From positions 27,652,001-27,716,000 of the forward strand of contig OZ231126.1 in NCBI GenBank assembly GCA_965153355.1: a stretch of 64,000 nt of DNA, written 5' to 3'. Of the stretch, positions 42,420 through 54,939 are shown one piece after another. Position 1 is the stretch's first letter, and the number at the start of each line of letters is the position of its first letter. Position numbers and translations under genes: made by a program. Source of the stretch: Flaccisagitta enflata (Eukaryota). The notes below the pieces were generated by a model. That model worked only from the letters and a program-made list of their open reading frames with translations. It did not search any database and was not told where the DNA came from.

Positions 42420-42917
42420 CAGTAGATGTCGTCTAGACTTGGAAATACAGGGGATCTCATAACCTGAGCATCAGTACAATAAGGGGACTGATATTTTCCT
42501 GGTGTAATGTATAGACCCTAAGGGGTTGACAATGGGGTATGGAATTACCTTACAACAAAAAACTTTTAGTATAAAACATTAGGATCAATCACTTTTATAG
42601 CAGAATTTCAGCTTCATCTATTTGCTTTAATTGCAAAACCAGCCTAGGATTCGAACCTGGAACCTTCAAAGAAACAAACTGATCATGATAAATCTGCAGT
42701 GAAATGAGTTAACCGCTAGACCAATTCCGACAACTGTCTTTAGGGAGCTAATATGATTTAGTATATTCAAAATAATTTTCTATCCACAGAGCTGCCATAC
42801 CCCATTGTCAACCCCATAAGACATAAGCATTATACTCACACATTTTTATTTCATTGGCACAAATAGTAGTTATGATATGAGGGCCCCCGTATTTCCAAGT
42901 AAAGACGACATCTACTG
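42420..42917. mobile_element. TA-flanked MITE carrying a tRNA-like cassette (mirror copy 44144-44654)
   Basis: TA|cagtagatgtcgtct.gacttggaaatac ... gtatttccaagt.aagacgacatctactg|TA; inner inverted repeat ggggttgacaatggggtatgg / ccataccccattgtcaacccc. Confidence 0.85.
42635..42731 (-). pseudogene. tRNA-like sequence (Cys-GCA-like) with A and B boxes
   Basis: Minus strand: A-box TGGTCTAGCGG, anticodon-arm-like ttca-CTGCAGA...tgaa with ~24 extra nt, B-box GGTTCGAATCC, then TTTT. Acceptor stem pairs poorly. Confidence 0.45.
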
Positions 42918-44329
42918 TATATATAAAGAAGGCCAAGTAGGCCAATAGGTGAGACATGTGGATAGTGAAATGAATGCGTTACCAACCAACCAACCAACCA
43001 ACAGACACGGCCAGTTATATTTTCTCATGGTTTGTAGTTGCATGCTACGCAACTTTACAACCCGCTATGTCGGTACGGTTCTTTTTTTTGAAGATATACT
43101 TAAAGCTTGTGTGTTTGCTTTGGATTTCACTTAAAACAATTTTTGCATGAAACTTCGAGAAACTGGCCTAACACATATAAATTAAATGGTTTATGCTTGC
43201 AGTGGATTTTCTGTAATTCATGATTACATCTATATGTCAATTTTTATGGCAAAATTTACTCTTTTTAGTCGCGGACACGCAACTCTACACCTTGCTGTTT
43301 TGGTCGGTAGTGCAATTATCTTTTTAGTCGCAGACTCATGACTCTAGGACCCGCCCTGTTGGTTGGTTGGTCGCTCCATTTGTTACAAAAACAAAATCCA
43401 AGCTTTTTTTTGCTTTTCCACTCCTCCCCACCCGTCCGCGACTTAGGATGAGTGTATACATCAAGGTGCACACAAAAGGGCAATTTCCATGGTCAAATGA
43501 TATTCTATAAAAAATTAAAATGACTTATTTACAATTTTTTGAAAGAAATAATATTCTCAGTATATGGCTTATTGATTTATTTGCATTGAAAATCATTTAT
43601 GTGTACAAAATCAGTTTGAAAAATTGAGAAAAAAAAATTAACTCCCGCTTTTTGATTGGTCTTGTGTGAAATTTTTTATCTTTCTCTGAATGCAAAAATT
43701 TGCATTTCTTAAAACATGGCCCTATTCTAAAGACATATAAGAAAAAGGCCATGTTCTTAGAAATACAAATTTCCGCATTCCAAGAGAGATTAAGAATTTC
43801 ATGCAAAATGATTTCCCAAATTTGCTGTTTGAGTGCACCGCGACATACAGCCTTGTTTCAAGTTAAAATCACAAAAATTGTAATTAGTATCATAAACAAT
43901 TTTTTTCGAGCAGTTTAGGGTTTGACTTATAGTTTGAAATAAATGGAATGAAAGGATAACCCTATCTCTATCCCCTTTTCTGGGAAATTCTGGGTAAGAA
44001 AATGTTCTCCTCTTTCTTTTAAGTGCGACAAAGCACCTCTAACTGGCCGTGTCTGTTGGTTGGTTGGTTGGTTGGTTGGTAACGCATTCATTTCACTATC
44101 CACATGTCTCACCTATTGGCCTACTTGGCCTTCTTTATATATAAAGTAGATGTCGTCTATACTTGGAAATACGGAGGCCCTCATATCATAACTACCATTT
44201 GTGCCGATGAAATAAAAATGTGTGAGTATAATGCTTATGTCCTATGGGGTTGACAATGGGGTATGGCAGCTCTGTGGATAGAAAATTATTTTTGATATAC
44301 TAAATCATATTAGCTCCCTAAAGACAGTT

Positions 44330-44426
44330 GTCGGAATTGGTCTAGCGGTTAACTCAGTTCACTGCAGATTTATCATGATCAGTTTGTTTTTTTGAAGGTT
44401 CCAGGTTCGAATCCCAGGCTGGTTTT
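44330..44426 (+). pseudogene. tRNA-like sequence (mirror copy)
   Basis: A-box 44338-44348, GCA 44364-44366, B-box 44404-44414; internal T7 run at ~44387-44393. Confidence 0.45.
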
Positions 44427-45638
44427 GCAATTAAAGCAAATAGATGAAGCTGAAATTCTGCTATAAAAGTGATTGATCCTAATGTTTTATACTAAAAGTT
44501 TTTTTGTTGTAAGGTAAGCCGTAGGGGGATTCCATACCCCATTGTCAACCCCTTAGGGTCTATACATTACACCAGGAAAATATCAGTCCCCTTATTGTAC
44601 TGATGCTCAGGTTATGAGATCCCCTGTATTTCCAAGTCTAGACGACATCTACTGTACCAGACTAAAGAACTAGGAACTTCGGAAAAAATTTTTAGTCAAT
44701 TTCTAGAGGCATCGACCCAAAAATTTTCAAAGTTTTTTGAAAAAAAAATTTACTACAGAATTTTGGATCTAGGCAAATTAGGTCATTCTTTGTTGAGTTG
44801 ACCCCCCTTTTGAAGAAATTTTTTTGGAAAATTTTTTTGGTCAATGTTTCGAGGCGTCGACGCAAAAATTTTCAGTTTTTCGAGAAAAAAAAAATTGTAA
44901 CAGGATTTTGGATCTAGGCAAATTAGGTCATTTCTAGTCGATTTGACCCCCCTTTTGAAGACACTTTTTGAAAAAATATTTTCTGAATCGGCCAATTTAG
45001 GGGCCCCTGGGGACCCCGAATGGGCCCGAATTTTGTGGCACCCCTTCTGGATCATCTATTTACCTCATGAGGGTGTTGTAAAAAGAAATTCACACTTTGG
45101 TCCGGATTTGCAGAGGCCAACTGCTCTCCAATTCCACTAAAAGGGCACTTTTAGCCTCGTGGCATTTGGCATACAGTGCAGTGCGTGCTCGATGGTGTAA
45201 ATGGCCAAAATAAAAAATGATTGGGCAGAGGTTGTGCGACTTAGTCATTACTGGAAAAATACATTGTCGGGACCCCATGATCATAATTAATTGTTAAAAT
45301 TTAAACTTCACCGTGCTCAATGACGTCATCATTTGCTGTTTAAATAAATTTGAATGTGCTTAATGACGTCATTATGATTTTATGTGCGACGAAATGATCA
45401 TTGAAAAAAAAAGGATCGTTGACAAACGTCATCAATCTCATTTGAGGTTTGTTTTCAAATTTTCTTTTCCATTTTTTTTCTGAGCAAACACTACAGAAAC
45501 AACATCAATTATTTGTTCTCTCTCTCTAATGTTACCATTTTTAGTCGCGTTTTTTCTAATTGCTAGCAGTTTTCGTATTACAGCCCCCGCTCAACCACGA
45601 CTGTCTTGCCGTGTATCCGGCCTTTTTTTTTCTACATG

Positions 45639-45815
45639 CTGAGTAGCCGGGTCAGACTGAGTAGCCGGTCCAGACTGAGTAGCCGGGTCAGACTGAGTCT
45701 AGCCGAGTCGGGCCTAGTAGCGGGTCAGGGCAGTGGCGGGGTCAGGCTGAGTAGCCGGGTCAGACTGAGTAGCCAGGTCAGACTGAGTAGCTGGGTCAGA
45801 CTGAGTAGCCGGGTC
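45639..45815. repeat. 18-bp minisatellite (ctgagtagccgggtcaga)n
   Basis: Several tandem units with a degenerate middle. Confidence 0.88.
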
Positions 45816-47249
45816 GGACACCGATGAACTACAGTCGAGGACTGTTGTTTTTTAAGCTTTTTTTCAATATTCTAACCTAGTTCATCAGATCGGGCAACAA
45901 ATTATAAAAAATCAGCTCAATCGGATCAGTTTTATAAACTTTATGCCTGTTTCAAGCTTCACCTAGTTGTAAATTTGCGTAACATATGGATCGAAGGCTA
46001 ATGGTTTTGACCGACCTAATCGATTGCTTACCGTATTCAACTAGTCTTTTTTTATAAACAGACTCATGCCAAACACCTTTTTGGGCCTTTACGACAAGTT
46101 ATCGCTACTTTTTTCTTCCTTTCAGTCAATCCTAACGGTCATTGTCCTTATCAGCCTTAATTCGAATGCCAGGGATGTTGAAAATAATTTTTACTGTTTA
46201 TATTCTTATCTTGTGACATCTTCATCGTGGACGGCATTATGCAAATTAGCATCAGCACCAAAGACGCGTGACGCTCAGATATGGGGTGATTACACATTCT
46301 TATCAGTCTTATGATGTACTATTTGGAATACTGAATATATGTGCCCCACATCAAAGGCCTAAAATTTGGTTGAATGAAATCAATACAAACAATATTCTCT
46401 TTTTTTTCATCGAAAAAGAGACAATGAGCATCAGCATCAGCATCAGCATCAGCATTCGAATCAAAGAGCGCGTTGAACGCTTATCAGTCTATCGCAATAT
46501 CAAAAAAAAAGAATCAATCATATAAATGCAGAAGCGATGGTGATGACATGACAGCTGCTGAGCTCTTCTTTCTCGATGTCTTGATAAAGTTCTATTGATA
46601 CGTTTGTCTGCTTCACTCCGGGTTGTCTGAGTACGCCAGATCTAGTAAAGGAAAATTGGTCGCTGAGCCTCAAAGAGAGCATTTGCCCGCGCTTCTCGAT
46701 TTCGCGCCCAAAACGCGCTTTCCCCCTATAATGTCTTGGAGGCTGTTGGTAATCTGCAGATCCTTTGCTGCTACGTCTGACTCCAACGCAACAATCTGAT
46801 TAGACAGAGCTTTGTTTCTCTGTTCACAAATGCGCGCTTTTCGACTTTCCTTTTCCTTTGCTTTTATTGCATTGTCCTTTTCTTCCGTAACTTGCTTCAA
46901 CTCCCGCTCCATAGTTTGTAAATCACGCTGAAGGTCCCCAATGTGAGTGCGCATTTCAAAGTCATGGTCGATGATGACGCTTTCCGGGTCGGCCGCAAAT
47001 TCATTAGGGAAAATGTTCAAGCGGAAGATTTCATGGCGGTTTTTCTCCCAGTGTCGTTTCTTTCGAATTCTTCGACGCATATTAGCATAGCGGTTGCGAA
47101 GTGGTTTGTCCATGTTGAGTAGAAGATGCCTAATTTGGAAATATGAACTGTGCACATCATCGTCAAATCATCATGATTCATGATCAACATCATCCTTTTG
47201 TCATCATCACCCTCGTCATAAAGAGTCATCATATTTCATCTTATATATT

Positions 47250-47293
<44 letters not shown>

Positions 47294-47446
47294 GCTTTCT
47301 TTCTTTCTTTATTTTAATTTCTCTTTGTTTCTTCATTTTTTTTTGCTTTTTTTCTCTGTTTCCCATCTTTGATCCCACCTTTCTTTCCATCTTCCTTCCT
47401 TTCTTCCTTCTTTCTTTCTTCCTTTCTGCATTCCTTACTTCCTTCC

Positions 47447-50400
47447 TTTTGGGCAGCGGCCCCGAAGGGGCCAATGACCTATGCTTTCACACAGGGGGAA
47501 TTTCTCCTCCTTCTCCTTTTTGGGCAGCGGCCCCAAAGGGCCGATGTCCTGTAGGACACAGGGGTGAATTTCCTTACGTCCGTCCGTACGTCCATCCGTC
47601 CGTACGTCCCTCCCCCCCGAAGCGTCTCAGATTTTAAATTTCCATTGAATAACATGGGAAAATGACAAGATACAAACTTCCCATTGAATAACATGGAAAA
47701 GTGACAACTTTAAAACTTCCCATTGAATAAATGGAAAATTTACAAACAATAGAAAAATGGAGATTTTCCATCGGATAACATGGAAAATTAACAAAAAAAA
47801 AAAAAAAAACAAAAACAAAATAGCAATTGGATAATATGGAGAATTGACAAAAAAGATGAAATTCTCATCGAATAACATGGAAATTTGACAAAAAATTGTA
47901 GAAAATACATAAGTCCCATTGAATATCATGGAAAATTCCCCAAAAGGCCTGAAATATGCCTTCTCAGGACGTAAGGAAATTCACCCCTGTGTCCTACAGG
48001 ACATTGGCCCTTTAAGGCCGCTGCCCTGCTCTCACTCCACCTCTTCAGCTGATCACTCCAAGCAGGGCATCGGGTACCGCTGACCATGTGCAATCCTTGG
48101 ATGACTTGTTCTCCATCCACTCCCCTTCGAAGCTCAAATTCTAGCCTCGAGGCCCAATTTCGAGCCTCGAGACCCAAATTCCAGCTTCAAGGCCCAAATA
48201 CCAGCCTCAAGGCCCAAATTTCAGCCTCAAGACCCAAATTCCAGCCTCGAGCCCCAAATTCTAGCCTTGAGGCCCAAGTTCTAGCCTGGAGGCCCAAGTT
48301 CTAGCCTGGAGGCCCAAAATCTAGCCTCAAGGCCCAAATTCTAGCCTCGTGGCCCAAGTTCTAGCCTTGAGGCCCAAATTCTAGCCTTGAGGCCTAAATT
48401 CTAGTCTCAAGACCCAAATTTTAGTCTCAAGGCTCAAATTCTTGTCTGGAGGCCCAAATTCTAGTCTGGAAGCCCAAATTCCGGCCTTGCGGCCCACATT
48501 CTAGCCTCAAGGCCCAAATTCTAGCCTTCAGGCCTTAATTCTAACCTCTAAGCTCAAATTCCAACCTTTAGGCTCAAATTCCAACCTCTAGGTTTAAATT
48601 CCAACCTTGAGGCTGACATCCTAGTCTTGAGGCTCACATCCAAGCCTCGACGTTCAAATCCCAGCCTTGAGGCTTAGGTAAAAGCTTTGAGGCCTTGTGG
48701 CTCAAATCACATCCTTTAGGCTCAAATCAAAGCCTTACGTTGCTAATTACAGTTGAGGCTCAAATCACAACTCGAGGCTCAAATCACAGCTTCAAGGCTC
48801 AAACCTAAGCATAGGTCATCAGCCCCTTTGGCGCCCCTGCCCCCCTTCACTATCACACATCTATATATACTCCTATAGGGGCAATGGGTACCGCTGACCA
48901 TCAAACGCTTTTTTTGGGCAGCGACCTGTAGAACACAGGGGGACTTTCGTTTTTCCATCCGTCCGTCGGTCCGTCCGTCTGTCATTCCGTTTGTCCCCCC
49001 ATTAGGCCTCTCAGACCTGAAATTTGCCCTCTCAGACCTGAAATCTGGCCTCTCGGGCCTGAAATCTGTCCTCTCAGGCCTGAAATCTGCCCTCTCAGGC
49101 TTGAAATCTGCCCTCTCAGGCCTGAAATCTGCCTTCTCAGGCCTGAAATATGCCATCTCATGCCTGAAATATGCCCTCTCAGGCCTGAAATCTGCCATCT
49201 CAGGCCCAAAATCTGTCCTCTCAGGCCTGAAATCAGCCCTATCAGACCTGAAATTAACCTCTCAGGCCTGGAACTGGCCCACTCAGGCCTGAAGTTGGCC
49301 CCCTCAGACCTGAAATCTACCCTCTTAAGCTTCTCAGGTATCAACTCAGCCTTCAGGCCTTAAATCTGCTATCTCAGGCCTCAAATTAGCCATTTCAGGC
49401 CACCAATCTACCCTCACAGGCCAATAGCCATCTCAGGACGAACAAAAGTCCCCCTGTGTTCTACAGGACTTCGTCCCCTTTGGGGCCACTGCCCTGCTTC
49501 CCCTCACTGCAATTCACAATCATGCAAAGCAGGGCAACGGGTATCGCTGACCACATATTGCCCTTGGGCGACCTGTTTTATTTTGCGACTATTTTTTTTC
49601 TCCGCCTCTTTCTTTTTGGGCAGCGGCCCCAAAGAGCCAATGTCCTGTAGGACACAGGGGGGTATTTCGAGATGTCCGTCAGTCCTCCCCTCCAACGTCC
49701 GTCCGTCCTTCCATCCGTGCGTCTGTCCTTCCATCCATCCGTCCTTCCGCCCCCCCTCTTGGCCATCAAAGCTTCAGTTTCAGGCCTAATTTTGGCCTCA
49801 AATTAGCCCTTTCAGAGCTCAAATCAGGTCTCCTGCCCTCAAGACCTCAAATCAGCCCTCCAGACCTCAAATCCACCCTCCAGGCCTCAAATCAACTCTT
49901 CAGGCCTCAAATTTGTCCTCTAGGCCTCAAGCCTGCCCCCCAAGCCTCAAATCTACTCTTTTGGATTAAATTCTGCCATCCCGACTTCAAATCCACCTCA
50001 GGATGTCTCAAAATTCACCCCTGTGTCCTACAGGTCATCGGCCCTTTGGGGCCGCTGCCCTGCTCTCACTCCATTACTTCACTCAATAACTCCAAGCAGG
50101 GCATTGGGTACCGCTGACCATGTGCGATCCTTTTATGACTAGTATTTTTTCTTTCCTTTTTTTGGGCAGTGGCCCCAAAGGAAACGATGTCCGGTAGAAC
50201 ACAGGGGGACTTTTGTTTGTGCGTTTGTTTATCCGTCCCCCCCTTGCCTTGAGGCTCAAATTCCAGCCTCAAGGCTCAAATCCCAGCCTCAAGACTCAAA
50301 TCCCAGCCTCAAGGCTTAAATCCCAGTCTCGGGGCTCAAATTTCAGCCCCCAGGCTCAAATCCCAGCCTTGGGGCTCAAATCCCAGCCTTGAGGCTCAAA

Positions 50401-50737
50401 TTCCAGCCTAAAGGCTTACATTCCAGCCTCGTGACTCAAATTCCAGCCTCATGGCACAAATCCCAGCCTCGAAGCTCCAATTTCAGCCCCAAGCTCCAAA
50501 CCTAGCCTCGAGGCTCAATTCCCAGCTTGGAAGCTCTAATCCCAGCCTGGAGGCTCAAACTGCACACTCAGATGGACAAACAGACGGATGGATGGACGAA
50601 CGAAAGAATAAAAGTCCCCTTGTGTTCTACAGGACATTGTCCCCTTTGAGGCCGCTGCCCTGCTACCCATCACCTACAATAACTAACATTCATATCAGGG
50701 AAACGGGTATCGCATATTGCCTTTGGGCGACTGGTTT
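47447..50737 (+). mobile_element. Cluster of five co-oriented family-2 elements (47447-48905 with nested 47517-48110; 48909-49578; 49613-50141; 50157-50737)
   Basis: Each starts tttt-gggcag(c/t)g and ends with the gggca..gggta(c/t)cgc tail; central 20/21-bp arrays. Confidence 0.85.
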
Positions 50738-51072
50738 CATCATCTGATTATGTCAGCCCAAACTGTCTCTCTTACTTGGTCTCATTGACACCATCCAATC
50801 CTTTCTCTATCCAAAATTCTCCCGACGCCGCAATTGAGAAAGCTGCATGTTTCGTATTGATTGATCGTGAAACAATCTGAGGAACCCCCAACTCCTGATA
50901 CATAAAACAAAAAGCAAGCTTTGTCAGAACAAGTAATGCAGGTTACAATATCGTCACAGAAGGATGGGCGGGGGTGTACAACCCCCACCCTTCATACATT
51001 CATACACACACAAACACACACATGCACACACACACACGCACACTTACATACACACGAGCACACACACACACA

Positions 51073-51169
<97 letters not shown>

Positions 51170-51574
51170 AGGCTAAAATACACATTCTTACACATTCTTA
51201 CACATTTCAACTCCTGCTCGCACACCTTTCCGATTCTTTATTGAGGCCCAACATCCACCTCTTCTACTTCTTCGTCTTCCCCATTTTCTGGTAATATCTC
51301 CACGTTGTCTTCATCGATGACCTTCATGCCACGCGTCGTCAGGGATGTAGTGTTTCGGGGACCGTTGCATTCGTCCGCAGAAAGTTCGATCATCTCCTCC
51401 TCCGAATCATATTCCGAATCGCAATCGGCGGCGGCGTTGTCAATTCGGAATAGAAAACGAACATCCTGCTTGTCCATTTCGTCACTGAACGGCTTCGTGA
51501 AGTCTGGTTTCCATACAAGATACAAGAGAATTTTCAACTCTGTCGTCATTTGCTTTCCATCTTCTTTTTTCATT

Positions 51575-51852
51575 CTTTAGTCGCGTACTACGCGACTCTA
51601 CACCCCGCTTTGATAGTTCATCAGTCCATCCTTCCGTCCGTCTGTCCATAACACTTTACTTTTTTTGGTTTTTGCGGTGTTTGGCCTCACTGCTCCTGCC
51701 CAAATGATCAAGTGACCTTAAAAAGGGCTCCTGCCCACCCGCACACGACTGGGGTTGCCGTGTATACGGCCTTGCCTTGTTTTTCTTTTTTTCTTCTTCT
51801 TCTCCTCCTCCTTCTCCTTCTCCTCCCTTTTCCTTTTTCTTTTTCTTTTTCT

Positions 51853-51887
<35 letters not shown>

Positions 51888-52380
51888 TTCTTCTATTTTC
51901 TCCTCCTTTGTCTTTTAAGTTGCGGACACGCAACTCTATGTGAGGCTTTGTCCGTCCGTTGGTCCGTTGGTCCGTTGGTCCGTTGGTCCCTTGGTCCATC
52001 CGTCCAGGGCTATCGAGTTGAAACGTGGGAAAATGAGCATTTTTGATACACGTTTAATTGCTGGGGGTGGGTTTGGGTGTGGATAGGGGTTGGATGCCCT
52101 TGCCCACCCGTCCGCAACGATATTGTGACCCCGCGTCACATGTTCTTTTTCTTTTTTAATCTCTTAAGTCGCGGACACGCAACTCTAAAAGAGGCTTTGT
52201 CCGTCCGTTGGTCCATCCCTTGGTCCGTCTGTAGAGGTGATCGAGTCAAAAAGTGGAAAAATGAGCGTTTTGGAACTTTTTCGGTATGTTTGTTTATGGA
52301 GTGGGGTTTGAGGTGTGGATGGGGGTTGGATGCCCCTGCATACCCGTCCGCAACAATATTGTGACCCCACGTCACTTGTT
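51575..52380 (+). mobile_element. Three short family-1-like HINEs in series (~51575-51781, ~51915-52144, ~52164-52380)
   Basis: 5' agtcgcg/agttgcg hairpins, (GTCC/GTTG) microsatellites, 3' cccgtccgcaac...gtgaccccgcgtcac or gccgtgtatacggc palindromes. Confidence 0.7.
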
Positions 52381-52480
52381 CTCCTGTTTCTTCAGTGAAG
52401 CTTAGTGACAAAGCCTTCGTATACAAATTTTCAACCAAGCGACACACAGACACACAGACACACACAGATACACACACACA

Positions 52481-52550
<70 letters not shown>

Positions 52551-53544
52551 TACACACACACACACACACACATGCGTGTGCGCGTGCACAGATATCAAAA
52601 TATAAGTACGCCAAACCGTGGCTGGTGTAAGCCTTTACAGGTGCTGTCTGAGGCATTGAGGGCAGGTTAAGCGGCGGCGTTGTCCACGGTTCTACAGATG
52701 ACGGAAAAGATTTCTGCGACGCCGACGTTGCTGGAAGATGAAGTGGCAATGTCATCGAGGGGGTTGTGGACGAGGAAAGCGGCAAGTTCTTATCTGAGGA
52801 TGAAGACGGCGGAGGCAGCCGATTTGACGTCTGTGAGGTTAGAGAAAGCGGACGATGCATCTGTCTCCTTGAAGCCTGAGGAAGCGGTGTTGTTGTCTGC
52901 GGCATTGAAGATGGAAGAAGAGGCGCGGTTGTCCGTAGCGTTGGGGATCGAAAAAGAGGTGTCGTTGCCTGTTGAATTGAGGATGGAGGAAAAGGCGTTG
53001 TTGCACCTGGCATTGCGGACAGAGGACGGGGGAGGCATCATTGTGCGTAGCATCGAGGATGGAGGAAGAAACGTTGGTGTACGTAGCGTTGAGGATGGGG
53101 CCAGAAGCGTTTTCATGTTTGGATTTGAAGACGGCGGAAGCGCCAATTTTGTCGCTAGTGTTGGCGGTTGAGGAAGTGACGGAGTGGTCGGTGGTTTTGA
53201 TAATGGAGTTAGTTCCAGATTTGTCACCAGCTTTGAATGAGGAAGGAGCGAAGTCTTTCGCGGCAGCGTAGAAAGCGGTGGCACCTTTCCGGGCAATGGT
53301 AGCAAATTTGTCCACAAACTTGATGACGGAGGACGACGGGGAGGAAGAGGCATCTTCGGAGAAAACCGCGGTTGCGTCACTGATTTTGTAGATGGCAGAG
53401 ACGCGGAACAAAGCGCGGAATTACCACTTGAATTTTCCTTCTAAGAAATGTATCAGTTATGCCGTATTTCTCCTTTTGGGCACCCCGCACTTCCCCCGAA
53501 TACGTTATTGATGAATGGTGTCAGTCAATTTCTCTCTCTCTCTC

Positions 53545-54939
53545 TTTTTAGTCGCGTGCACGCGACTCTACAACCCGCTTTGTCCGTCGGTCGGTCGGTC
53601 GGTCTGTCGGTTGGTCGGTCGGCTGGTCACACTTTACTTTTTTTATCAATTTTATTTCTTTAAGTCATTTTTAGTCATTTTAAGTCATTCTAAGTCATTC
53701 TAAGTCATTCTAAGTCATTCTAAGTCATTCTAAGTCATTCTAAGTCATTCTAAGTCATTCTAAGTCATTCTAAGTCATTCTAAGTCATTCTAAGTCATTT
53801 TAAGTCATTTAGAGTAATTATTGTCATTTTAGTCAACATAGTCCTTTTCATCATTTTAAGTCATTCTAAGTTATTTTAAGTTATTTTAGGTCATTTTAAG
53901 TGATTTTAAGTCATTTTAAGTGATTTTAAGGCATTTAAAGGCATCCCAAGTTATTTTGAGTCATTATTGTCATTTTAGTCAATATAATCCTTTTCATCAT
54001 CTTTAGTCATTTTAAGTCATTTTGTGTCATTATGAGTCATTATAAGTCATTATACGTCATTTTAAGTCATTTCTAGTCATTCTAAGTCATTCTAAGTCAT
54101 TCTCAGTCATTTTAGTCATTTCAGTCAATACAGTCATTTCACTTTTTATTTACATAATTATAGGTAATTTTAGGTTATTATGCAATTTTTGGTAATCAAA
54201 GGTAATTATAGGTCATTATAGATCATTATGCAATTGTAGGTAATCATAGGTCATTATAGGTAATCATAGGTCATTATTCAATTATAGGTAATTATAGCTA
54301 ATCATCAGTAATTATAGGTAATCATAGGTTGTTATAGGTCATTATGTTATTAAAGGTAGTTATGGGTAATTATGGGTAATCATAGGTCGTTATTGGTAAT
54401 TATTGGTCCATATGTAGATATAGGTAATCATAGGTCTTTATAGGTAATCATAGGTCATTATAGGTAATTATAGGACATTATGTTATTATAGCTAATTGTG
54501 GGTAATTATGGGCAATCATACGTCATTAAAGGTAATTATTGGTCCATATGTAATTATAGGTAATCATAGGTCTTTATAGGTACTTATAGGTCATTATTTG
54601 ATTATGGGTAATTATAGGTAATTATAGGTAGTCATAGGTCATTATAGGTTTTCATAGGACATTATGTTATTATAGGTAATTGTGGGTAATTATGGGTAAT
54701 CATATGTCATTAAAGGTAATTATTGGTCCATATGTAATTATAGGTAATCATAGGTCTTTATAGGAACTTATAGGTCATTATTAGACTATGGGTAATTAAA
54801 GGTAATTACAGGTAATTATAGGCAATTATAGGTCAATAGGTAATTATAGTCATTATCGTCATTACAGGAAATAACATACTTATATAATTTGGCGATTATG
54901 CAAGTAAGTCTCGCACGCGACTTATAGGCGTTGGCCTTG

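Larger units (their letters stand above)
41961..45113. repeat. Large inverted repeat: arms ~41961-43017 and ~44040-45113, ~1-kb spacer
   Basis: Arms are near-identical reverse complements (mirror ORFs 42019-42285+ and 44783-45055-), with scattered substitutions and a ~13-bp indel near 44515. Confidence 0.95.
46670..53440 (-). pseudogene. Putative disabled multi-exon orphan gene: Ser/Asn-rich 12-aa repeats, acidic segment, basic segment, coiled coil
   Basis: Candidate exons ~53440-52639, 51503-51226, 50894-50776 and 47129-46670, bounded by AG/GT with matching phases (1, 0, 2). Last exon reads HLLLNMDKPLRNRYANMRRRIRKKRHW...DLQRDLQTMERELKQVTEEKDNAIKAKEKE. Lesions: 4-nt insertion near 53020 and in-frame TAA codons (52790, ~52668, 51238). 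Confidence 0.5.

Noticed and set aside
43462-43842. Possible P-like MITE (caaggtgcac...gtgcaccgcg) within a HINE 3' end
   Set aside because: Termini are degenerate and the putative 8-bp TSD matches only 5/8; not confidently classifiable.
51238-53425. In-frame stops of the orphan gene are all TAA while intact ORFs end in TGA, hinting at TAA reassignment
   Set aside because: A frameshifting insertion is also present, one TAA aligns with a Ser codon of the repeat unit, and the septin and desaturase exons contain no internal TAA; pseudogenisation is simpler.
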